This document shows positions 1-13,047 of a stretch of DNA of 64,000 nucleotides, in pieces. Every line of letters begins with the position of its first letter. Position 1 is the stretch's first letter. The stretch lies in contig NIVC01001510.1 in NCBI GenBank assembly GCA_002269645.1, forward strand, positions 212,431-276,430, in the 5' to 3' direction. The notes under the pieces are model-generated. The model did no database searches. It saw nothing but the letters and a program-made list of their open reading frames with translations, and had not been told where the DNA came from. This stretch comes from Macrostomum lignano (lineage: Eukaryota). The position numbers were made by a program, and so were the translations under genes.

Positions 1-194
1 GACTTTCTTGGCTGCACCGGCGTGGCTGCCTGCGATTCCCGAGCTTCCGCTTTCTTTTGCTCCTGTTGCTCTTTTTGCTCTTTTTGCTGCTCTTGCTGCT
101 GCTGCTGGAGCTCCTGTTCCTGCTGTGCCCGACTGTCAGCTCCTTCGCCTTGCAGATCGCCCGACGAGAATCGGCGCTTCAGGTAGTTGAGCAT
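1..194 (-). CDS. SYN: Synapsin, N-terminal coding exon (runs off the left edge)
   Basis: Reverse complement from the ATG at 194 reads MLNYLKRRFSSGDLQGEGADSRAQQEQELQQQQQEQQKEQKEQQEQKKAEARESQAATPVQPRK with no stop. MLNYLKRRFSSGDL matches synapsin domain A (vertebrate MNYLRRRLSD, invertebrate RRFSSGDL) with the PKA site. Not in the ORF track because it has no stop in the window. Confidence 0.88.
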   Translation of the reverse strand, partial: MLNYLKRRFSSGDLQGEGADSRAQQEQELQQQQQEQQKEQKEQQEQKKAEARESQAATPVQPRK

Positions 195-928
195 GGCCGC
201 AACAGGTGGCGCTGCAGTCTAACAGCCGTAGGAGATGTTTTACAATTTCCCAATGGATGAATAAAAACTCCAGGGGCGGCTGGGGATCTCCGAGGTTAAT
301 TCGATTCGAGACTCGCTGGGCCCTCGGGCAGATAAATTTCAAGAGCGAAGGAGACTCGAAAATAAATTGGAGGGCTGAAATTGCCGATCCGCTAAACGAG
401 CCGACTCGCTTTCTCCCGGCTCTACTGCTTCTATTTCAGTTCGTCTCCACGGCCACTTCAGCCGGAGACCCAATCCACACCGAGTGGCTTTTCCCAGACC
501 CTGTGCGCCTTCCTCAGCTGATCACGGGCGAGGCAGGAAAAGGGAAGAGGGAAGCGCCGAGGTGGATTGGGGAGTACGGTTGGGGATGGGGAAGAGAAGC
601 TGCAAGGGGGAATGACGGCATGGTAGACGCTCTCCGCCAGCTCCAGCAGAGCCTTTGCACCGGGGCGGCTTCCACTGGAGACGAGATAAAAAATTAACGC
701 CCGATGCCACTTTACCCCACCCTCTGCCAGCACCCCGGCCTCTGAAATATTAAAGCTCAGAAGCTCAGACTGTTATACTGAGGACAAACCTGGACGGCCA
801 TGCTGAGTGGCTCCACTCTTTAGTGACCGAGCTGGCTTCGAAATTTAATTCTGTACCAGACTTGAATTGGGATTCGTGGGATTATTTATAATCACGAACA
901 AATAAAGCAGAAGGAAGGCCGATTATTT

Positions 929-1793
929 CTGACAGTCCTCAGTGCCCTGTGCTTCCTGTGACAGTCCTCAGTGCCCTGTGCTTCCTGTGACAGTCCTCAG
1001 TTCCCTGAGCTTCCTGTGACAGTCCTCAGTGCCCTGTGCTTCCTGTGACAGTCCTCAGTGCCCTGTGCTTCCTGTGACAGTCCTCAGTGCCCTGTGCTTC
1101 CTGTGACAGTCCTCAGTGCCCTGTGCTTCCTGTGACAGTCCTCAGTGCCCTGTGCTTCCTGTGACAGTCCTCAGTTCCCTGAGCTTCCTGTGACAGTCTT
1201 CAATTCCCTGTGCTTCCTGTGACAGTCTTCAATTCCCTGTGCTTCCTGTGACAGTCTTCAATTCCCTGTGCTTCCTGTGACAGTCTTCAATTCCCTGTGC
1301 TTCCTGTGACAGTCCTCAGTTCCCTAAGCTTCCTGTGACAGTCCTCAGTGCCCTGTCCTTCCTGTGACAGTCTTCAGTGCCCTGTCCTTCCTGAGACAGT
1401 CTTCAGTGCCCTGTGCTTCCTGTGACAGTCCTCAGTTCCCTGAGCTTCCTGTGACAGTCCTCAGTGCCCTGTGCTTCCTGTGACAGTCCTCAGTTCCCTG
1501 AGCTTCCTGTGACAGTCTTCAATTCCCTGTGCTTCCTGTGACAGTCTTCAATTCCCTGTGCTTCCTGTGACAGTCCTCAGTTCCCTGTGCCTCCTGTGAC
1601 AGTCCTCAGTTCCCTGAGCTTCCTGTGACAGTCCTCAGTTCCCTGAGCTTCCTGTGACAGTCCTCAGTTCCCTGTGCTTCCTGTGACAGTCTTCAGTGCC
1701 CTGTCCTTCCTGAGACAGTCTTCAGTGCCCTGTCCTTCCTGAGACAGTCTTCAGTGCCCTGTCCTTCCTGTGACAGTCTTCAGTGCCCTGTCC
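929..1793. repeat. 29-bp minisatellite (GACAGTCCTCAGTGCCCTGTGCTTCCTGT), about 30 copies
   Basis: Unit and period read directly from the sequence. Confidence 0.97.
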
Positions 1794-4357
1794 TCTTAAG
1801 AAACCTGCTGCAAAAATACCCATGCTTGCTTAATTTGGAATTCCGAAGTCCAGGTGAAATATTGTGCAGTTCAGTGCTAAAAAACTGAAGACTTGTTATC
1901 TAGACTTAGCCATGCAGTAAATTTATTCGGGTGTTGCGTCCTACTCTTGCTGCTACTCGGGAAGATTTGCTATCGAATCGCGTGACCAACTGCTTTTGGC
2001 TTTCCGCCAGAGTCTAATTAACCTGAGCACAGAGCGCACCCTTAGGCGCCGAGGCCCCTAGCTTAGGGAACAGGACAGATGGGATATAAAAAATTTGAGC
2101 ATCGAGAAAGCGGAGGAACTGAGCCAGCTGGAAGGAGAGGCGGAGAGCGGGGCTTTGAACAGAAGTGGAAACGGTTGGGGAGAATTGAAAAATCAATACG
2201 GATCGGTATGGACAGGACAGGAGCAGCAAGCGCCATCAGCTGTGGCATACTTTTATTTTCCATTTGGCCTCCTTTTGGCGGGAGAGGCAGGCAGCATCAG
2301 AGGGAGGCTGACGGGGGGGGGGCGGCGAACTCAGCATTAATCCCCTTCCTTCAGGCTCCCGCGCCATTTCATGCAAATCTGCTGCTCGATTCGCCAGCCT
2401 GTTATATTTTATATTTTGCCCACCCGAATTTCTCTGCCTGCGTACACTCAGTCTTCCCGGTGGGATAAGAGAGAGAGAATGGAGAAATCCGAATATATCC
2501 ATCACAGTCCTGCTCAACTGTGCCTACTGGCAGCCAGCCTAAATCCCCAGGAGGTCAGCTGCTACCATTCCTCCATCCCCACGATAATAATGGGGGGGGG
2601 GAAGCTGCGTGCAGATCTCGCGCGGCAACATCGGTCAAACTCAGTGTTCACTGCTTCACACGGGATTCGCCTTCATTCTCCTTTCTGGACCGCCGTCTCC
2701 ATCATGCCTCAAGTTCCTTCCGCGTACCTCCATCCGCTGCTTATGAGCTTTGGATTCAAATTCAATGCCTCATCATGGTACATATCAATATCCTGCGCCC
2801 CGCAAGCTTAGGAGAGTGGATGGACAGGTCACCTCCTGATATATGCAATATAGTTTGTGTTACAGTTAATGTTCCGGCTTCCATCCATCGATTATAAATG
2901 GCCATACGAACGAAGCTGTGTCTGCACTGCATCTCATCTCATAGTTTTGGCTCTCCATTTTTCATCCCCACCTGGGGGAACTCCCGGGCCTTTCGGGCAG
3001 GGCCCATTCATAACTCTACTCGATTATCATATCTTACCTTTATTCTCAATCTTTCTTCTTATAACTGCACTAGTTACTTCGTTCCCTGTCGATATAAAAT
3101 GCAAGCGTCATAGCCCCCTCAGTGTCTACTCTCTCCCGTCATAGCCCCCTCAGTGTCTACTCTCTCCCGTCATAGCCCTCTCAGTGTCTACTCTCTCCCG
3201 TCATAGCCCCCTCAGTGTCTACTCTCTCCCGTCATAGCCCCCTCAGTGTCTACTCTCTCCCGTCATAGCCCCCTCAGTGTCTACTCTCTCCCGTCATAGC
3301 CCCCTCAGTGTCTACTCTCTCCCGTCATAGCCCCCTCAGTGTCTACTCTCTCCCGTCATAGCCCCCTCAGTGTCTACTCTCTCCCGTCATAGCCCCCTCA
3401 GTGTCTACCCTCTCCCGTCATAGCCCTCTCAGTGTCTACTCTCTCCCGTCATAGCCCCCTCAGTGTCTACTCTCTCCCGTCATAGCCCCCTCAGTGTCTA
3501 CTCTCTCCCGTCATAGCCCCCCTCAGTGTCTACTCTCTCCCGTCATAGCCCTCTCAGTGTCTACTCTCTCCCGTCATAGCCCTCTCAGTGTCTACTCTCT
3601 CCCGTCATAGCCCTCTCAGTGTCTACTCTCTCCCGTCATAGCCCTCAGTGTCTACTCTCTCGTGTCATAGCCCTCTCAGTGTCTACTCTCTCCCGTCATA
3701 GCCCTCTCAGTGTCTACTCTCTCCCGTCATAGCCCCCTCAGTGTCTACTCTCTCCCGTCATAGCCCTCTCAGTGTCTACTCTCTCCCGTCATAGCCCCCT
3801 CAGTGTCTACTCTCTCCCGTCATAGCCCCCTCAGTGTCTACTCTCTCCCGTCATAGCCCCCTCAGTGTCTACTCTCTCCCGTCATAGCCCCCTCAGTGTC
3901 TACTCTCTCTCGTCATAGCCCCCTCAGTGTCTACTCTCTCTCGTCATAGCCCCCTCAGTGTCTACTCTCTCTCGTCATAGCCCCCTCAATGTCTACTCTC
4001 TCCCATCATAGCCCCCTCAGTGTCTACTCTGTCCCGTCATAGCCCCCTCAGTGTCTACTCTCTCCTGTCATAGCCCCCCCAGTGTCTACTCTCTCTCGTC
4101 ATAGCCCTCTCAGTGTCTACTCTCTCCCGTCATAGCCCCCTCAGTGTCTACTCTCTCCCGTCATAGCCCCCTCAATGTCTACTCTCTCCCATCATAGCCC
4201 CCTCAGTGTCTACTCTGTCCCGTCATAGCCCCCTCAGTGTCTACTCTCTCCCGTCATAGCCCCCTCAGTGTCTACCCTCTCCCGTCATAGCCCTCTCAGT
4301 GTCTACTCTCTCCCGTCATAGCCCTCTCAGTGTCTACTCTCTCCTGTCATAGCCCTC

Positions 4358-4515
4358 TGTTGTGGGTTGATGGCTTTGCCATAGACATTTTTGTTACGCG
4401 ACTGCGTTGATGAATGGAACCATGCTATTGAGTTATGAAATAAATGATAGACGCGTCAGAGGTCAACAGACCGCTAGACTGACAATTGCTGAAGGCTAAA
4501 GCCAAAAGCACAACA
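4358..4515 (+). mobile_element. Solo-LTR-like insertion, copy 1 (158 bp)
   Basis: Starts TGTTGTG and ends CACAACA (7-bp inverted termini, TG...CA). Flanked by duplicated CCCTC (4353-4357 and 4516-4520), which occurs once in the uninterrupted unit. Internal AATAAA at 4439. Confidence 0.75.
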
Positions 4516-6282
4516 CCCTCTCAGTGTCTACTCTCTCGTGTCATAGCCCTAGCAGTGCCGGCTCTCTCCCGTCATAGCCCCCTCAGTGTCTACCCTCTCC
4601 CGTCATAGCCCTCTCAGTGTCTACTCTCTCCCGTCATAGCCCTCAGTGTCTACTCTCTCGTGTCATAGCCCTCTCAGTGTCTACTCTCTCGTGTCATAGC
4701 CCTAGCAGTGCCGGCTCTCTCCCGTCATAGCCCTCTCAGTGTCTACTCTCTCCCGTCATAGCCCTCTCAGTGCCCATTCTCTCCTGTCATAGCCCTCTCA
4801 GTGTCTACTCTCTCGTGTCATAGCCCCCTCAGTGTCTACCCTCTCCCGTCATAGCCCTCTCAGTGTCTGCTCTCTCCCGTCATAGCCCTCTCAGTGTCTA
4901 CTCTCTCCCGTCATAGCCCCCTCAGTGTCTACTCTCTCCCGTCATAGCCCCCTCAGTGTCTACTCTCTCGTGTCATAGCCCTAGCAGTGCCGGCTCTCTC
5001 CCGTCATAGCCCCCTCAGTGTCTACCCTCTCCCGTCATAGCCCTCTCAGTGTCTACTCTCTCCCGTCATAGCCCTCAGTGTCTACTCTCTCGTGTCATAG
5101 CCCTCTCAGTGTCTACTCTCTCGTGTCATAGCCCTCTCAGTGTCTACTCTCTCGTGTCATAGCCCTAGCAGTGCCGGCTCTCTCCCGTCATAGCCCTCTC
5201 AGTGTCTACTCTCTCCCGTCATAGCCCTCTCAGTGCCCATTCTCTCCTGTCATAGCCCTCTCAGTGTCTACTCTCTCGTGTCATAGCCCTCTCAGTGTCT
5301 ACTATCTCCTGTCATAGCCCTCTCAGTGTCTACTCTCTCCTGTCATAGCCCTCTCAGTGCCCATTCTCTCCTGTCATAGCCCTCTCAGTGTCTACTCTCT
5401 CCCGTCATAGCCCCCTCAGTGTCTACTCTCTCCCGTCATAGCCCCCCTCAGTGTCTACTCTCTCCCGTCATAGCCCTCTCAGTGTCTACTCTCTCCCGTC
5501 ATAGCCCTCTCAGTGTCTACTCTCTCCCGTCATAGCCCTCTCAGTGTCTACTCTCTCCCGTCATAGCCCTCAGTGTCTACTCTCTCGTGTCATAGCCCTC
5601 TCAGTGTCTACTCTCTCCCGTCATAGCCCTCTCAGTGTCTACTCTCTCCCGTCATAGCCCCCTCAGTGTCTACTCTCTCCCGTCATAGCCCTCTCAGTGT
5701 CTACTCTCTCCCGTCATAGCCCCCTCAGTGTCTACTCTCTCCCGTCATAGCCCCCTCAGTGTCTACTCTCTCCCGTCATAGCCCCCTCAGTGTCTACTCT
5801 CTCCCGTCATAGCCCCCTCAGTGTCTACTCTCTCTCGTCATAGCCCCCTCAGTGTCTACTCTCTCTCGTCATAGCCCCCTCAGTGTCTACTCTCTCTCGT
5901 CATAGCCCCCTCAATGTCTACTCTCTCCCATCATAGCCCCCTCAGTGTCTACTCTGTCCCGTCATAGCCCCCTCAGTGTCTACTCTCTCCTGTCATAGCC
6001 CCCCCAGTGTCTACTCTCTCTCGTCATAGCCCTCTCAGTGTCTACTCTCTCCCGTCATAGCCCCCTCAGTGTCTACTCTCTCCCGTCATAGCCCCCTCAA
6101 TGTCTACTCTCTCCCATCATAGCCCCCTCAGTGTCTACTCTGTCCCGTCATAGCCCCCTCAGTGTCTACTCTCTCCCGTCATAGCCCCCTCAGTGTCTAC
6201 CCTCTCCCGTCATAGCCCTCTCAGTGTCTACTCTCTCCCGTCATAGCCCTCTCAGTGTCTACTCTCTCCTGTCATAGCCCTC

Positions 6283-6440
6283 TGTTGTGGGTTGATGGCT
6301 TTGCCATAGACATTTTTGTTACGCGACTGCGTTGATGAATGGAACCATGCTATTGAGTTATGAAATAAATGATAGACGCGTCAGAGGTCAACAGACCGCT
6401 AGACTGACAATTGCTGAAGGCTAAAGCCAAAAGCACAACA
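6283..6440 (+). mobile_element. Solo-LTR-like insertion, copy 2
   Basis: Same sequence and flanks as copy 1, offset +1925. Confidence 0.75.
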
Positions 6441-8207
6441 CCCTCTCAGTGTCTACTCTCTCGTGTCATAGCCCTAGCAGTGCCGGCTCTCTCCCGTCAT
6501 AGCCCCCTCAGTGTCTACCCTCTCCCGTCATAGCCCTCTCAGTGTCTACTCTCTCCCGTCATAGCCCTCAGTGTCTACTCTCTCGTGTCATAGCCCTCTC
6601 AGTGTCTACTCTCTCGTGTCATAGCCCTAGCAGTGCCGGCTCTCTCCCGTCATAGCCCTCTCAGTGTCTACTCTCTCCCGTCATAGCCCTCTCAGTGCCC
6701 ATTCTCTCCTGTCATAGCCCTCTCAGTGTCTACTCTCTCGTGTCATAGCCCCCTCAGTGTCTACCCTCTCCCGTCATAGCCCTCTCAGTGTCTGCTCTCT
6801 CCCGTCATAGCCCTCTCAGTGTCTACTCTCTCCCGTCATAGCCCCCTCAGTGTCTACTCTCTCCCGTCATAGCCCCCTCAGTGTCTACTCTCTCGTGTCA
6901 TAGCCCTAGCAGTGCCGGCTCTCTCCCGTCATAGCCCCCTCAGTGTCTACCCTCTCCCGTCATAGCCCTCTCAGTGTCTACTCTCTCCCGTCATAGCCCT
7001 CAGTGTCTACTCTCTCGTGTCATAGCCCTCTCAGTGTCTACTCTCTCGTGTCATAGCCCTCTCAGTGTCTACTCTCTCGTGTCATAGCCCTAGCAGTGCC
7101 GGCTCTCTCCCGTCATAGCCCTCTCAGTGTCTACTCTCTCCCGTCATAGCCCTCTCAGTGCCCATTCTCTCCTGTCATAGCCCTCTCAGTGTCTACTCTC
7201 TCGTGTCATAGCCCTCTCAGTGTCTACTATCTCCTGTCATAGCCCTCTCAGTGTCTACTCTCTCCTGTCATAGCCCTCTCAGTGCCCATTCTCTCCTGTC
7301 ATAGCCCTCTCAGTGTCTACTCTCTCCCGTCATAGCCCCCTCAGTGTCTACTCTCTCCCGTCATAGCCCCCCTCAGTGTCTACTCTCTCCCGTCATAGCC
7401 CTCTCAGTGTCTACTCTCTCCCGTCATAGCCCTCTCAGTGTCTACTCTCTCCCGTCATAGCCCTCTCAGTGTCTACTCTCTCCCGTCATAGCCCTCAGTG
7501 TCTACTCTCTCGTGTCATAGCCCTCTCAGTGTCTACTCTCTCCCGTCATAGCCCTCTCAGTGTCTACTCTCTCCCGTCATAGCCCCCTCAGTGTCTACTC
7601 TCTCCCGTCATAGCCCTCTCAGTGTCTACTCTCTCCCGTCATAGCCCCCTCAGTGTCTACTCTCTCCCGTCATAGCCCCTCAGTGTCTACTCTCTCCCGT
7701 CATAGCCCCCTCAGTGTCTACTCTCTCCCGTCATAGCCCCCTCAGTGTCTACTCTCTCTCGTCATAGCCCCCTCAGTGTCTACTCTCTCTCGTCATAGCC
7801 CCCTCAGTGTCTACTCTCTCTCGTCATAGCCCCCTCAATGTCTACTCTCTCCCATCATAGCCCCCTCAGTGTCTACTCTGTCCCGTCATAGCCCCCTCAG
7901 TGTCTACTCTCTCCTGTCATAGCCCCCCCCAGTGTCTACTCTCTCTCGTCATAGCCCTCTCAGTGTCTACTCTCTCCCGTCATAGCCCCCTCAGTGTCTA
8001 CTCTCTCCCGTCATAGCCCCCTCAATGTCTACTCTCTCCCATCATAGCCCCCTCAGTGTCTACTCTGTCCCGTCATAGCCCCCTCAGTGTCTACTCTCTC
8101 CCGTCATAGCCCCCTCAGTGTCTACCCTCTCCCGTCATAGCCCTCTCAGTGTCTACTCTCTCCCGTCATAGCCCTCTCAGTGTCTACTCTCTCCTGTCAT
8201 AGCCCTC

Positions 8208-8365
8208 TGTTGTGGGTTGATGGCTTTGCCATAGACATTTTTGTTACGCGACTGCGTTGATGAATGGAACCATGCTATTGAGTTATGAAATAAATGATAG
8301 ACGCGTCAGAGGTCAACAGACCGCTAGACTGACAATTGCTGAAGGCTAAAGCCAAAAGCACAACA
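8208..8365 (+). mobile_element. Solo-LTR-like insertion, copy 3
   Basis: Same sequence and flanks as copy 1, offset +3850. Confidence 0.75.
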
Positions 8366-10430
8366 CCCTCTCAGTGTCTACTCTCTCGTGTCATAGCCCT
8401 AGCAGTGCCGGCTCTCTCCCGTCATAGCCCCCTCAGTGTCTACCCTCTCCCGTCATAGCCCTCTCAGTGTCTACTCTCTCCCGTCATAGCCCTCAGTGTC
8501 TACTCTCTCGTGTCATAGCCCTCTCAGTGTCTACTCTCTCGTGTCATAGCCCTAGCAGTGCCGGCTCTCTCCCGTCATAGCCCTCTCAGTGTCTACTCTC
8601 TCCCGTCATAGCCCTCTCAGTGCCCATTCTCTCCTGTCATAGCCCTCTCAGTGTCTACTCTCTCGTGTCATAGCCCCCTCAGTGTCTACCCTCTCCCGTC
8701 ATAGCCCTCTCAGTGTCTGCTCTCTCCCGTCATAGCCCTCTCAGTGTCTACTCTCTCCCGTCATAGCCCCCTCAGTGTCTACTCTCTCCCGTCATAGCCC
8801 CCTCAGTGTCTACTCTCTCGTGTCATAGCCCTAGCAGTGCCGGCTCTCTCCCGTCATAGCCCCCTCAGTGTCTACCCTCTCCCGTCATAGCCCTCTCAGT
8901 GTCTACTCTCTCCCGTCATAGCCCTCAGTGTCTACTCTCTCGTGTCATAGCCCTCTCAGTGTCTACTCTCTCGTGTCATAGCCCTCTCAGTGTCTACTCT
9001 CTCGTGTCATAGCCCTAGCAGTGCCGGCTCTCTCCCGTCATAGCCCTCTCAGTGTCTACTCTCTCCCGTCATAGCCCTCTCAGTGCCCATTCTCTCCTGT
9101 CATAGCCCTCTCAGTGTCTACTCTCTCGTGTCATAGCCCTCTCAGTGTCTACTATCTCCTGTCATAGCCCTCTCAGTGTCTACTCTCTCCTGTCATAGCC
9201 CTCTCAGTGCCCATTCTCTCCTGTCATAGCCCTCTCAGTGTCTACTCTCTCGTGTCATAGCCCTCTCAGTGTCTACTCTCTCCTGTCATAGCCCTCTCAG
9301 TGCCCATTCTCTCCTGTCATAGCCCTCTCAGTGTCTACTCTCTCGTGTCATAGCCCTCTCAGTGTCTACTATCTCCTGTCATAGCCCTCTCAGTGTCTAC
9401 TCTCTCCTGTCATAGCCCTCTCAGTGCCCATTCTCTCCTGTCATAGCCCTCTCAGTGTCTACTCTCTCGTGTCATAGCCCTCTCAGTGTCTACTCTCTCC
9501 TGTCATAGCCCTCTCAGTGCCCATTCTCTCCCGTCATAGCCCCCTCAGTGTCTACTCTCTCCCGTCATAGCCCTCTCTATATATCCACAAAATATAGCTA
9601 CACGCAATAAAGCCGCTCAAAGAGAGAAGTGTAGCTACAATTTAATAGCACACGGAGTGCTGCGATGTCAACTGGGAGTTTATATTGAATTCTTGAGGGT
9701 AAGAGGCGAAACCCAAGAAGACATGCAAACTAAAAGAAGTAATAACACAGGCATTGGGAATAGTTAAGTAGCAGCTGAAAGATTTTCAAATCAGACTGTG
9801 AGCAGAATCAGTTGTCAGGAAAATCCCAAACCCTCTGAGCACGGGGACCATACCGATACAGTATGGCTATTTAGCCAGCTGGAACGGACAGAATCGCCGT
9901 CCTATTAATCTTCCCACAGACCCCGGCAATGGCAAACTGTATCATATAGTCGTATTATTCAGGCTACATATCACTATATAATAAAAGCGTTAAAATATAA
10001 ATGCAAAAACCAAACCAATTTAAGCAACGCTTTACGCCAACGCCAATGCTAATGTGATCACTGAGACCGACAAATGACAAATAATTTAAGATTTGCACAA
10101 CATGGGGGGCGTGAAATCCTGATGTCATTTAATTATTAAGGCATTAATAAAGCTTTGATGTTGATATGTTATGCATTATCTATAGTTTTGCCTCATTCAC
10201 ACTACTGATAATAGACTAGCTAGCTATACGAGCTTATATTTGGCAAGTTTACTAAGTTCAGTGGGTTAGGGAACACCACCAAGGCAACAACATTAGCTGC
10301 AAGTTAAGCAGAGTTGGTCGCGGTTAGTAGATAAAAAAGCTGCTGAAGGGTGAGTGAGTGGCAAGTTAACTTGAGGTCGCCCTACTGCGATAGGATGCAG
10401 CTCAGAACTGTACGTGGTATGAAATGATAT

Positions 10431-11826
10431 TGAGAATTGAGTGTCATATTCAGTGTCTCAGGTGAGAATTGAGTGTCAAATTCAGTGTCTCAGGGGTGAG
10501 ATTTGAGTGTCATATTCAGTGTCCCAGGTGAGATTTGAGTGTCATATTTAGCGTCTCAGGTTAGATTTGAGTGTCATATTTAGCGTCTCAGGTGAGAATT
10601 GAGTGTCATATTTAGTGTCTCAGGTGAGATTTGAGTGTCATATTCAGTGTCCCAGGTGAGATTTGAGTGTCATATTTAGTGTCTCAGGTGAGATTTGAGT
10701 GTCACATTCAGTGTCTCAGGTGAGATTTGAGTGTCATATTTAGTGTCTCAGGTGAGATTTGAGTGTCATATTCAGTGTCCCAGGTGAGATTTGAGTGTCA
10801 CATTCAGTGTCTCATGTGAGATTTGAGTGTCATATTTAGCGTCTCAGGTGAGATTTAAGTGTCATATTTAGCGTCCCAGGTGAGATTTGAGTGTCATATT
10901 TAGCGTCTCAGGTGAGATTTGAGTGTCATATTTAGCGTCTCAGGTGAGATTTGAGTGTCATATTTAGCGTCCCAGGTGAGAATTGAGTGTCATATTTAGT
11001 GTCTCAGGTGAGATTTGAGTGTCATATTCAGTGTCCCAGGTGAGATTTGAGTGTCATATTTGGTGTCTCAGGTGAGATTTGAGTGTCACATTCAGTGTCT
11101 CAGGTGAGATTTGAGTGTCATATTTAGTGTCTCAGGTGAGATTTGAGTGTCATATTCAGTGTCCCAGGTGAGATTTGAGTGTCACATTCAGTGTCTCATG
11201 TGAGATTTGAGTGTCATATTTAGCGTCTCAGGTGAGATTTAAGTGTCATATTTAGCGTCTCAGGTGAGATTTGAGTGTCATATTTAGCGTCTCAGGTGAG
11301 ATTTGAGTGTCATATTTAGTGTCTCAGGTGAGATTTGAGTGTCATATTTAGCGTCTCATGTGAGATTTGAGTGTCATATTTAGCGTCTCAGGTGAGATTT
11401 GAGTGTCAAATTCAGTGTCTCAGGTGAGATTTGAGTGTCATATTTAGCGTCTCAGGTGAGATTTGAGTGTCAAATTCAGTGTCTCAGGTGAGATTTGAGT
11501 GCCATAGTTAGCGTCTCAGGTGAGATTTGAGTGTCATATTTAGCGTCTCAGGTTAGATTTGAGTGTCATTTTCAGTGTCTCAGGTGCGATTTGAGTGTCA
11601 TAGTTAGCGTCTCAGGTGAGATTTGAGTGTCATATTTAGCGTCTCAGGTGAGATTTGAGTGTCATATTTAGCGTCTCAGGTTAGATTTGAGTGTCATATT
11701 TAGCGTCTCAGGTTAGATTTGAGTGTCATATTTAGCGTCTCAGGTTAGATTTGAGTGTCATATTTAGCGTCTCAGGTTAGATTTGAGTGTCATATTTAGC
11801 GTCTCAGGTGAGATTTGAGTGTCATA
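10431..11826. repeat. 32-bp minisatellite (CAGGTGAGATTTGAGTGTCATATTTAGCGTCT), about 43 copies
   Basis: Period 32 measured at 10621/10653/10685. Confidence 0.97.
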
Positions 11827-12842
11827 CCCAAATCGGGATGATAGGGCATCCATATTCCATAAGACACCCAGATTAACCAAGAGTTGAAAAATGAAACGAT
11901 AAAATGTCAATTAACTCATAGATGCAATGAATTATGATTATTTTGGCAAGCAAGCGATATGCCTTGCAAGGACTGGATTTACCAGCGAAGGGCTAACACG
12001 CAAGCTCAATCCATTTTACTTAATCAATGATGAAAAAGGACAATAGATGACTAACAGTAGTATATATAGTGCACCAAATGGATTAATATATATTTTTTCA
12101 ATTTTACGAGTAAAAGCCAATGAAATCTGTGGGCAATTTGGGAATTATTAAAGAAAAACAGACCAAATCGGTGCATGGAATTTATAGCACACAGCGGGCG
12201 ACTGACAGCGGAGTTGGAGAGACATTGTTCAACACAAATCTTGCAATTGGCAATGTGCTGCAGCTTACTAAATTATTATTCAAAGCAAACCAATCTTTGT
12301 GCCTAAATCCTGTCAGATAAGTCAGCGCTGTTAGTTCAACAAATCAAGATGATTGTTTTTATTGATAAACTGATTTTGTCTTTTTTCTCTTTTTCATCTG
12401 CTATAGCTTTTATGCGAATCGGAATTCAAGCTACTATCAGTAGTAAATAAGGAACACGCGTGCATAAAAAAATTTGTTATGAGCTAAAAATAGTTTTCGT
12501 ACTAGAATAACAAGGCCGAGAGACATTTCGGCAATTATTCCTCAAGCAACGAGACATTGAAGGCAGCGGATATGAAAGCAGCAAAATGAGACACTCCAAA
12601 ATAGATTTAACGGTAAGAATATTTTTATAACGATTTCAGGCAAGGACGCCGCAAGCGAGCGCACGGGAGTCACTATATGGGGAAATTCGAGACTGAGACA
12701 CAGAGAAAAAGTGCAGAAATATTTTTTTCGATTAATTTATATACCTACCTACTGCCCATTTCTACTATCGATAATATTAGTAGTATTTAACGAATATCAA
12801 AAGATAAATAAGACAGTCAGCACGGTGATAATCATTGGACAG

Positions 12843-12958
12843 CTAGTGATGATCGTCTTCTTCGTCTGCCTCGTTCTTCAGGTATTTGTCGTAGGCAGCC
12901 TGGTCCATCAGCAGCTTCAGCTCGTCCTTGTCGCTCAGGCTGACCTTGAAAATCCAGC
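12843..12958 (-). CDS. GCSH: Glycine cleavage system H protein, exon 4 (last)
   Basis: TTTTGCAG acceptor, phase 1. Reads (G)WIFKVSLSDKDELKLLMDQAAYDKYLKNEADEEDDHH*, the typical H-protein C-terminus. Missed by the ORF track. Confidence 0.93.
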
Positions 12959-13047
12959 CTGCAAAACATTTTCAGCATGCTTTTTTCTAGAGGAAATTTC
13001 TTTGCCAAACTTTCCAGCCTGAGTGAAACAAAACTATTATGTTTACT

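Larger units (their letters stand above)
3106..9577. repeat. 31-bp minisatellite (TAGCCCCCTCAGTGTCTACTCTCTCCCGTCA), about 6.5 kb, with a 1,925-bp higher-order repeat
   Basis: 31-bp period at 3111/3142. Variant patterns and a unique insert recur at +1925 and +3850. Confidence 0.97.

Noticed and set aside
206-3144. Short ORFs upstream of synapsin (163, 146, 129 and 125 aa)
   Set aside because: No homology signal and mutually overlapping. More likely promoter, UTR or intergenic sequence.
929-11826. Repeat arrays with a unique insert resembling a CRISPR repeat-spacer layout
   Set aside because: The units are head-to-tail with no unique spacers, the single insert is identical in all three copies, there are no cas genes, and the context is eukaryotic.
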